Source of the DNA: an uncultured virus (IMG/VR IMGVR_UViG_3300037419_002203)
Lineage: Duplodnaviria; Heunggongvirae; Uroviricota; Caudoviricetes
Virus record (IMG/VR): IMGVR_UViG_3300037419_002203
Location: 1 to 64,000 of that record
Reading direction: 5' to 3' (one strand)
DNA length: 64,000 nt
The notes below the pieces were generated by a model. That model searched no databases, was not told where the DNA came from, and saw only the letters and a program-made list of their open reading frames with translations. The translations under genes and the position numbers were made by a program. The number at the start of each line of letters is the position of its first letter. Positions within the stretch are counted from its first letter, which is position 1. Positions 56,584-64,000 of the stretch are shown here, piece by piece.

Positions 56584-56632
56584 TTCAACCCCAGGGCGAT
56601 CGCCGCGGATGGCGATCGCCCTAAAGCCCATG

Positions 56633-56685
56633 GGTGCGTGGGTGCCCTGTTCGTGCTGCAGCACGAAGACGCCCACCCACGCACC
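56633..56685. repeat. Repeated hairpin element, copy 2
   Basis: Same outer stem and internal loop as 55480-55533. Confidence 0.9.
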
Positions 56686-56809
56686 CCGAACTCAGCCAGC
56701 GTCACTCTGCCACGCTGGTGCGAACTGCTGCCCGCACTCGCGCCAAGCCCTGGAGCTTCGCCAACGAGTTCACTTGTTAGACACCTTGTTAGTTGAGAGG
56801 AGCCACACC

Positions 56810-57193
56810 ATGTCCATCACCGTCATCATCAACGGCCAGCGCGTCCAAGCCCGTGACCTCGCCCACGCGCGCGAGCTGTCCGGCGTCAAGCCCGCTGCTG
56901 CACCCACCAACGGCCAGCGCACCAACCCGTGGGGCGACGAGTCCGATGGCCGCTGCAACCGCTGCCACGGCACGGGCTTCTGGGGCACCCGCGAGAAGGG
57001 TGGCGCGTGCTTCCGCTGCGACGGCAGTGGCATCGCGCCCGGCTACAAGAAGAGCACGGTCGCCGAGGTGCAGGCGGCGCGCGAGGCGGAGCTGGGTCCG
57101 TCCGGTCCTGGCTACACCAAGCTGGTGACGCCGCGTCGTGAGGCCAAGAAGGCGCACAAGGCCATCGTGCGCGGCGGTCGCAAGCGTGCCTAG
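56810..57193 (+). CDS. Protein with DnaJ-type zinc finger
   Basis: CNRCHGTG and CFRCDGSG (two CxxCxGxG); GAGAGGAG RBS at ATG 56810. Confidence 0.8.
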   Translation: MSITVIINGQRVQARDLAHARELSGVKPAAAPTNGQRTNPWGDESDGRCNRCHGTGFWGTREKGGACFRCDGSGIAPGYKKSTVAEVQAAREAELGPSGPGYTKLVTPRREAKKAHKAIVRGGRKRA

Positions 57194-57332
57194 CGTCGGC
57201 TGCATGATGTTCTGCCCCGCGTGCAAGCGGGGCACCTGGCACACCATCCACACCGAGAGTGGGTGGACGTTCTACACCTGCCGTGGTCGGAAGCCCAACT
57301 GCGGCAGGACTCACCGCGTCAAGTACCACTAG
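57186..57332 (+). CDS. Small zinc-ribbon protein
   Basis: CPAC...C.....C; start uncertain (57186 or 57204). Confidence 0.55.
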   Translation: MPSVGCMMFCPACKRGTWHTIHTESGWTFYTCRGRKPNCGRTHRVKYH

Positions 57333-57352
57333 CCGAGAGGAGACAGCATACC

Positions 57353-57619
57353 ATGCTCAACGCCTACCGTAAGCTCCACCCCAAGTCGCGCCGCGATCTG
57401 CTCCTCGCGATCGCCGTCGGCATCGCACCGATGATCGGCTGGCTCACCGGCTTCGTGATCGGCGACCCCATCGCCGAGCGCGCCGCGCGCCAGCACAACC
57501 TGACCGTGATCGCGACGGTCGAGTGCGCCGCCAAGAACTACTCGCGGGTCGGCGCTCCGCGTGACCAGGGTCCGGGCTCGCTCATCCCGATGAGCGACCT
57601 CGACGACTACTACCGCTAG
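57353..57619 (+). CDS. Small membrane protein
   Basis: LLLAIAVGIAPMIGWLTGFVI helix; GAGAGGAG RBS. Confidence 0.75.
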   Translation: MLNAYRKLHPKSRRDLLLAIAVGIAPMIGWLTGFVIGDPIAERAARQHNLTVIATVECAAKNYSRVGAPRDQGPGSLIPMSDLDDYYR

Positions 57620-57628
57620 GAGACGCCC

Positions 57629-57769
57629 GTGATCAAGGTCCAGTTCATCAGCGTGCTCACCGGCTGGTCGGCCAGCAACGGTGAGCACCGCTTCTACGGC
57701 GACACCGCCACGGAAGCACGGCGTCGGTTGCGCGCCTTCCTCCGCAACCAGTTCAAACCCAAGCGCTAG
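57629..57769 (+). CDS. Small hypothetical protein (46 aa)
   Basis: Manually found; AGGAG RBS + GTG, MIKVQFISVLTGWSAS... Confidence 0.6.
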   Translation: MIKVQFISVLTGWSASNGEHRFYGDTATEARRRLRAFLRNQFKPKR

Positions 57770-57785
57770 CCAAAAGGAGCAACCG

Positions 57786-58139
57786 ATGCACACCACCAAG
57801 CGCACCATCCAAGTCCTGACCGAGGTCGAGTCCAAGGTCATCTACGCCGCCTTGATGACGGTCATCCCCAAGCTGCCCGAGTTCTACCACGCGACCTGCA
57901 TCCACACCGTGATGTGCGACGTCAGCCGCACGGTCAGCTTGGACTTCCAGCACTGCTGCCCGTACAGCGTCAGCCTGGCGATCTCCCAGCTGGAGCTGGT
58001 CAGCATCGCGATCGACGACCCCACGCGCCAGGATCGGCCCAAGCCGGTCGAGGCGCAACTGCTGGAGGTCTTGGACCTCTGTCTTCCCATCCTGCGTAAG
58101 GCCGACACCGAGTACCAAGAGCAGCGCGATCGCCGCTAG
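57786..58139 (+). CDS. Hypothetical protein
   Basis: AAAGGAG RBS at ATG 57786. Confidence 0.75.
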   Translation: MHTTKRTIQVLTEVESKVIYAALMTVIPKLPEFYHATCIHTVMCDVSRTVSLDFQHCCPYSVSLAISQLELVSIAIDDPTRQDRPKPVEAQLLEVLDLCLPILRKADTEYQEQRDRR

Positions 58140-58154
58140 AAGGAGACCACACCG

Positions 58155-58484
58155 ATGTCCCACCAGTCGTTCAACCCGTCCATGCACACCACGATCGAGT
58201 GCACCACCTGCAAGTCGCTCCAGAGCGGGCGCGAGGTGCTGTTGGCGATCGTCACGCGCCTGGGCGTCTCGTTCACCCTGGACACCGTCTGCCTCACCTG
58301 CGGCACGACCGAAGCCAACGGCAAGCTGCCGCCGGAGGCCAGCGAGACGTTCTTGCTGCCCAGCGCCGCGGGCTACCAGCACGGCTTCGAGTGCGTGCCT
58401 CACAAGACGCGCACACACGATGCGGCGTACCTGCGCGATCGCCAGCAGCACCGCGGTCCCGACCTGCCCTTCGGGTCGCGCTAG
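58155..58484 (+). CDS. Zinc-ribbon protein
   Basis: CTTC...CLTC; AAGGAG RBS. Confidence 0.75.
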   Translation: MSHQSFNPSMHTTIECTTCKSLQSGREVLLAIVTRLGVSFTLDTVCLTCGTTEANGKLPPEASETFLLPSAAGYQHGFECVPHKTRTHDAAYLRDRQQHRGPDLPFGSR

Positions 58485-58571
58485 CACTGCCCTCTGGAAG
58501 TTGTCCCGTTGGGATCTGATGGTCTTCGATTGACCGGTTGGGTTCCGTTACTTGAGAGGAGCTAAACACCC

Positions 58572-58733
58572 ATGGAAGAGCAAGTCTGCACCTACCCTTT
58601 GTGCCCGGATCACCACCCGGACGAGAACGAGATCGCGTACCACGAGAGCGGGGCGATGTACGACAGCACCTTGGAAGACTACCAAGAGAGTCACCGCACG
58701 CGTTGCACCGCCCCCGAAACCGTCACCCACTAG
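58572..58733 (+). CDS. Small hypothetical protein (53 aa)
   Basis: Manually found; GAGAGGAG RBS, MEEQVCTYPLCPDHHPDENE... Confidence 0.65.
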   Translation: MEEQVCTYPLCPDHHPDENEIAYHESGAMYDSTLEDYQESHRTRCTAPETVTH

Positions 58734-58754
58734 CCGAGAGGAGCCTACACACCG

Positions 58755-59552
58755 ATGTTCAAGAACGCTGACAACCTGTCCAAGCTCGCCGCGCCGCCGA
58801 TCGCGCCCGTGGTCGAGCCCTTCAAGCCCACGGTTGTGCCCGCTGGGTTCGCGGGTGTCCACACGTTGGCGATCCAGATCGCCATCACCCAGTGGCGCGG
58901 CAAGCTCACGGGTGCCTTCCCCAACACGATGAACGGCAAGGCGCACCGCCTCGACGTCTCGCGGATGGTGGCCTTCGATGACTGCACCGAAGACGCCTTC
59001 GCCTGGCTCAAGACGCGCCTGGGGCCGAAGCACGAAGACCGCACGCTGCGGCCGGACGATCGCCACTCGCTGGTGATGTACCGCGGCGGTCCGCACGGGC
59101 TCAAGGATCTCAAGCCCTGGTTCCTGATGTACAAGGAGGTCAGCGAAGCGATCGCCTGGTGCCAGGAGCAAGTGGTCATCAGCCGCGGGCAGGATCACTT
59201 CGCGCTGGTGATGCTGGTCAGCACCAGTGATTGGGACCTCAAGAAGCCGGGCAACCCCAACTTCGACCCCTTCTACGAGGCGGTGCTTCGTGGAATCTCC
59301 GACTTGGAGGTGGTGAAGTTGTCCCCGGAACCCAGCATCGAGCTGCCGGATGGCTTCCCCGAGAAGGAGCTGGTGCAACCGGTAGAGACGCCCAAGCCGC
59401 GCATCATCGTGAGCGCGGCGGAGCAGGTGCGCCGCAAGATCGACACCAGCCACGAACAGCCGGTCGCACCCGGCGCCAAGCCCGAGTACGTCGACAGCAA
59501 GGAACGTCCTGGCGTGGTCGACGAGCTGATCGCCGACTTCGTCGAGCGCTAG
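58755..59552 (+). CDS. Hypothetical protein immediately upstream of RNA polymerase genes
   Basis: GAGAGGAG RBS; no recognisable motif. Confidence 0.8.
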   Translation: MFKNADNLSKLAAPPIAPVVEPFKPTVVPAGFAGVHTLAIQIAITQWRGKLTGAFPNTMNGKAHRLDVSRMVAFDDCTEDAFAWLKTRLGPKHEDRTLRPDDRHSLVMYRGGPHGLKDLKPWFLMYKEVSEAIAWCQEQVVISRGQDHFALVMLVSTSDWDLKKPGNPNFDPFYEAVLRGISDLEVVKLSPEPSIELPDGFPEKELVQPVETPKPRIIVSAAEQVRRKIDTSHEQPVAPGAKPEYVDSKERPGVVDELIADFVER

Positions 59553-59567
59553 AGGAGAACACAACCG

Positions 59568-61532
59568 ATGTCCAACGAATCCAACATCAAGCACGTCCTG
59601 GTGATCGGCCAGCCGACCCAGATGGTGGAGGACTTGTTCCCTCACCTGGACCCCAACGAGCCCAAGGCGCCCGACGAGGTGTTCAAGCGCTTCGGTGGCT
59701 TCACCTACGTGGATGCGCCCAGCGAGTTGGTCGACCCCAACAACTGGACGATGATGGGTGGGCAAGGCGACGTGGACGTGCTCACGGACACGCTGCTCTG
59801 CTTCGTCAAGAAGGGTGGCGTGATCTACCTGGGCAGCGCCCTGGAGCGCACCAGCGATGACCACAAGGCGCTCGTCCAGCTCGACGAGGTCTGCCCCAAC
59901 GCCATCCTCGACGAGGCCATCGAGCTGCTCAAGTTGCAGCTGGGCAAGGCGATCGCCGACCCGCTCGACTTCGAGACCGCGGTCATCGAGGCGATGGACG
60001 TCCACAACGTCGCGGGTGAGAAGGTGATCTTCGCCGGTGCCGAAGAGGACAACGTGGCCGCCTTCCACGCGCCGCTGCGTGCCAGCAAGACGCACACGCT
60101 CAAATGGTGCCCGGACGGCACGATCGAGCTGGACGGGGCGATTCTCCGGCGCACGGCGCTGATGGGGATCGGCCACCTCAAGACCGAGGTGCTGGGCGGT
60201 CGCGTGCTGGAGCCCGGCGAGGTCGTCGGCTTCATCGCCAACCGGATGGCGCTCAACGGTGTCGACGACCTGGTGGGCTACGGTCGCGCCTTCGGTCCCG
60301 GCAAGGAGGACCACACCAACGCCACCCTCACGGACGAGGGGCGGCAGTTCCGCGCACACGGGATCGTGGGCGTGGTGAGCGTGCACGGCAACTTCGTGTC
60401 GAAGGCCAAGCCCGCGATGGTGGAGCTGGTGGCGCAAGCGCTGCACCAGGCCGACCCCAAGCGCCCCTTGTTCCTGCACCAGCAGGTCAAGGAGATCTAC
60501 GAGGGCGAGGAGGCGATGAAAGCCTTCCGCGCCCAGATGGAGAAGGACGGCCGCGTCACGCTCTTCGGCAAGAGCACCAAGCACACGCGCGTGGACGCGG
60601 GCGCTTACTGCCTCTACACCGAGGATGGGACGGGCACGCTCACCCGCAAGGCGGTGATCGGTAACTTCGAGGTGGGCAACGATGGCAGCATCTACGCGCC
60701 CAAGAGCCTGATGGATGGCATCAAGGGCTACCTCAAGGAGTCGGTGGTTGCCAAGCGTGACTTCGGCACGATGAGCGAGGACTTGCTGTCCCGCTACTAC
60801 AACGCCGAGGTCGTGGTCAAGGAGGGCGATCGCCTGCTGCCGGGCGACGTGGTCTTCACCATCGACGGCATTCCGCACACCTGGGAGTCCAAGGCGGACT
60901 ACGGGATCGTGACGGGTGTGACCGACACGATCAGCACCAAGCTGGTGCACTGCGAGGTGCGCATCGACGCCTGGTTCGAGGGCGACTGCAAGATGCGTGG
61001 CTTCGGCAAGGGCTTGATCGCCCCGATGGAAGCCTGCGGCATCACCTGCAACGTCAAGGACGCCATCATCATCGGTGCCGCGGGCATCATCAAGGACAGC
61101 GCGGCTGCGAAGTCCAAGATGAGCAACGAGCGCCGCGAGCGCGTGGTGGTCACCATCGAGTACTGCGAGCGGGACTTCGAGCTGGCGATCGCCAAGCACA
61201 ACCCCGAGTGGGACGAAGACACGCACCAGACGGGTTGTATGACCAAGGTCTACCCGGATCTGTGCGTGATGAGCTTCGACTGCGGCAACCGCACGGTCAC
61301 CATCATCGACGAGAACGCGCTGGTGGCCGACGTGACCTTCATGATCGAAGCGTCACCGGTGGGACAGGCGGTCGGGTCGTCTTCGATGACCTTGCCGCAG
61401 ATGGGCTTCCTGTCCAGCTTGCCCACCGGCAACGCCTGGCTCAACCAGGAGGCACTGCCCGGCGTCGTGCGCCGCGTGGATGCGCTCACCTACCTGCACG
61501 CCGTCAGCAACGGCATCCCTGTCGAGTTGTAA
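59568..61532 (+). CDS. Divergent RNA polymerase beta-like subunit (DPBB-B)
   Basis: Collinear with RpoB C-terminal half: [44 protein letters not shown] (two Lys), IIIGAAGI. Confidence 0.75.
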   Translation: [654 protein letters not shown]

Positions 61533-61546
61533 GGAGAGTATCACCG

Positions 61547-63181
61547 ATGTCCATGTCCACTACCTACAAGTGCGTCACTTGCGGCGCTGACATCACCATG
61601 ACCTACGAGTTCAATGGTGAGCAATGCGGCTACTGCTTCGGCCAAGAGATGGTCAAGCGTGACCAGCAGGCCACCCGTTCGCTGGTGACCGAGTCCACGG
61701 TCACCATCCACTACATCGGCCACGAGGCCCTCAACCTGCCCACGGTCGGGCTCACCGACCACGAGCTGCTCAAGGAAGCGGCCAAGGAGTTCCCCAAGGG
61801 GTTGAACCTGATGGGCAGCAACCTGGGTCCGGTGTGGGTGCACCCCACGATGCTGCTCAACCTGGCGCAGCCCGACGGCTTCGGCCTGGAGCTGCAAGGG
61901 CTGGCCCACAGCGCGGCGGAGCTGCTGCGCTTGGCGGCCGACCCGGAGAAGGCCGACGAGCTGACCGGCAAGGGGATCGACCGCATGATCGCCCTGTTCG
62001 CGGCGCAAGCCCACGGGCAGGCGATCGCCAAGCGTCCCAACCAGCTGCACGCGCACCGCTGGGGTGCCGCGGCCAAGGTGGCCGGTGCCGACCGCGTCAC
62101 GCCCGGTATGCTGGAGATTCACCCCGAGGGCAACGTGGCCGCACGCCTCGCCCAGCTCTTCGACTGCGTGCCCGGTGCCACGGGCGGTTGGGCCGACCTG
62201 GAGGGCCGCCAGCTGATGCTGCTGCGCCACCCGTTCATCCTGGGCTACGTGGTCACGATCGGGTTCAACGAGAACCTGACCAAGAACCTCACCCTGGTCA
62301 ACCGCCTAGACGGCCGCCGCGCCACCGGCATGGACTTCGACGGTGATCAGGTGTTCCTGTTCGCCATCAAGAGCCGCATCATGGCGGCGATGATCGACGC
62401 CGAGATCAAGGCGGTCGTGCCGGACAACGACGCCACCAAGCTCGTGCTGGGCAAGCCCTGCGAGGAGCCCGGCGGCGAGTGGTGGGGCGAGCTGTTGGAG
62501 AAGTCCACCGAGCAGAAGCTCGATCAGAAGTTCACCAAGACCATCGGCGAGTGGATCAACTCCCACATCACGATGGGCGACTACGCCAACAAGTTCACGC
62601 CCTTCGCGTACCGCATCAGCGACATCGGGGGTGCGATGGCTGCCGTGGGCATCCCTGGTGCGCGCGAGATGTCGCTGATCGGCGCCACGATCGAGGAGAC
62701 CTTCTACCTGGGGCTGTCTGGCGGTCCCAAGGAGCTGGACGAGGCCATGGAGACCTGGTTCCGCAAGAAGATGAGCGCTGCCAACCAGCGCATCCTCTTC
62801 GCGGGGCTGCGCACCGTGGTCAACCCGGACCTGCTCGCCAACGCGGATGTCCGCACGGCGATCGCCCGCGGGTCGGCCATCAACGGCGGTCGCTTCGACG
62901 ACTGCGACCCGCAAGAGCTGCTGGTCCACACCGCCTTCCTGGTCGGTAAGGGCAAGCTCACCCTGGGCAGCGGCGTGCTGCTCGACCAGCTGGCCCTGAT
63001 CGCCAGCGAGCCGACGCTGTCGGCCGAGCTGCGCGAGTCGTTCGTCGCGCGGATGCTCTTCCACGCGGCGCGCAAGCTGCACCAGGTGGTGGGCAAGGGC
63101 AATCCCATCGTGGGCGAGACCCCGAGCGATGACTACGAGGCCGATGGCTTCGAGGAGTACACCTCCGACTTCGAGGAGTAA
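61547..63181 (+). CDS. Divergent RNA polymerase beta'-like catalytic subunit (DPBB-A)
   Basis: LMLLRHP...GMDFDGDQV (DFDGD at 62333-62347); N-terminal CxxC..CxxC; start reassigned to ATG 61547 (AAGGAG RBS). Confidence 0.85.
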   Translation: MSMSTTYKCVTCGADITMTYEFNGEQCGYCFGQEMVKRDQQATRSLVTESTVTIHYIGHEALNLPTVGLTDHELLKEAAKEFPKGLNLMGSNLGPVWVHPTMLLNLAQPDGFGLELQGLAHSAAELLRLAADPEKADELTGKGIDRMIALFAAQAHGQAIAKRPNQLHAHRWGAAAKVAGADRVTPGMLEIHPEGNVAARLAQLFDCVPGATGGWADLEGRQLMLLRHPFILGYVVTIGFNENLTKNLTLVNRLDGRRATGMDFDGDQVFLFAIKSRIMAAMIDAEIKAVVPDNDATKLVLGKPCEEPGGEWWGELLEKSTEQKLDQKFTKTIGEWINSHITMGDYANKFTPFAYRISDIGGAMAAVGIPGAREMSLIGATIEETFYLGLSGGPKELDEAMETWFRKKMSAANQRILFAGLRTVVNPDLLANADVRTAIARGSAINGGRFDDCDPQELLVHTAFLVGKGKLTLGSGVLLDQLALIASEPTLSAELRESFVARMLFHAARKLHQVVGKGNPIVGETPSDDYEADGFEEYTSDFEE

Positions 63182-63194
63182 GCCGGTCGATGCC

Positions 63195-63505
63195 CCAACT
63201 GGTCCGCCGGTTGGGGCGCCTGCGGCGCCGGTTGCCCCACCCGCCTTCCCCCGTTTGATCTTCTTTTGGTTGGCCCACCCTCTGACCCCCGTTTGGCGGT
63301 GGTGGGGTTGGGCTGGATGGACATCGGTTGGTCCACCTGGGCGGTTGTCCGGGTGGGCCAGTCGGACATCGGTTGCGCTGGCCGGGTGGCCGGGGCGGTT
63401 GCCAGTTGGCGATCGCCCCGGTTGGCCGGTTGGGGCGGTAGGACATTGGTTGTCCCCGTTGGCCCGTTGGGTCCGCTGGGACAGGGTTGACCAGAGCGGT
63501 TGACC
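63195..63505. repeat. A-poor non-coding tract with iterated GGTTG motifs
   Basis: About 15 (G/C)GTTG motifs on one strand; GGACATCGGTTG twice plus two variants. Confidence 0.75.
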
Positions 63506-63583
63506 CCGGCTGTCGCTTGCACTCCTACGCTGGAGTGAGCGGCACCACAGACAGGCACGACCCGTGCCAAGGAGACCATTCCC

Positions 63584-64000
63584 ATGACCACTCGTGTGAC
63601 GAACGTCAAGCGCGACGAAGAGCAGCCCACCGAGGGCGCGACCCCGGAGACCACGGCCGAAGCCAAGACCGAAGTGGTCGCTTCCGACGAGTTCCCGGTC
63701 CAGGGCCGCATCGCGGTGCGCGGCGACGGTGGCCCGCAGGCCAGCTACAACCTCCTGGTGCTCAGCACCGAGTCGGTCTTCGCGCTGGAAGCGCTCAAGG
63801 CCGAGTACCCCGACATGGAGTTCACCGACAACCAGGGCCAGCCCTGGATGCAGGTGACCATCGACCCGGCCGGTAAGGCCAAGCTGCGTCAGGCTGCCCG
63901 CCAGGGCGCCACCAAGCTCGTGGTCGAGGGCATCGTGACGGTGGTCGACCTCGTCAACGGCAAGCCGCAGGGCTTCATGCGCGTCACCAGCGCGCGTGCG
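63584..64000 (+). CDS. Hypothetical protein, partial (runs off right edge)
   Basis: Manually translated MTTRVTNVKRDEEQPTEG...; AAGGAG RBS; open to edge. Confidence 0.75.
   Translation, partial: MTTRVTNVKRDEEQPTEGATPETTAEAKTEVVASDEFPVQGRIAVRGDGGPQASYNLLVLSTESVFALEALKAEYPDMEFTDNQGQPWMQVTIDPAGKAKLRQAARQGATKLVVEGIVTVVDLVNGKPQGFMRVTSARA

Larger units (their letters stand above)
1..64000. mobile_element. Tailed bacteriophage genome segment (contractile tail, Mu-like head genes, own RNA polymerase)
   Basis: Portal, protease, capsid, sheath, tube, baseplate J/gp25, holin and early-type genes in dense operons; no host housekeeping genes or integrase seen, so prophage versus free phage is undetermined. 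Confidence 0.95.

Noticed and set aside
56688..56772. tRNA gene
   Set aside because: Lacks canonical D-loop, T-loop and acceptor geometry on either strand
63195..63505. CRISPR array
   Set aside because: Repeats are 5-12 nt with irregular spacing; no constant repeat-spacer period and no cas genes
1..64000. Stop-codon reassignment (TAG or TGA read-through)
   Set aside because: Genes are intact under code 11 and TAG stops are followed directly by RBS and starts; no gene needs read-through

Overview
The whole window is a high-GC tailed bacteriophage genome segment of contractile-tail (myovirus) type; no host genes or integrase are visible. Bases 1-47.7 kb are a minus-strand virion and lysis operon. 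It contains a tail-assembly chaperone with an A-AAA-AAG -1 frameshift, Mu-like portal, protease/scaffold, major capsid, neck, sheath, two tube-like proteins, hub, a split spike, baseplate wedges, about 15 mosaic fibre proteins and a holin cassette. Bases 47.8-54.8 kb hold a divergent 1188-aa orphan, a DUF3102 protein, a third tube-like paralog and a ribbon-helix-helix switch region. Bases 55-64 kb are a plus-strand early-type region of small genes, structured intergenic elements and many HIP1 (GCGATCGC) palindromes. The main result is a very compact, highly divergent two-subunit double-psi-beta-barrel RNA polymerase (beta-like 59568-61532; beta'-like 61547-63181 with DFDGD). Alongside it, a bipartite motif (CCCAGA-N19/20-nAnnnT) recurs eight times upstream of late genes and is a candidate cognate promoter. 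TGA stop codons are almost absent. All calls come from reading the sequence by eye; no searches were run.
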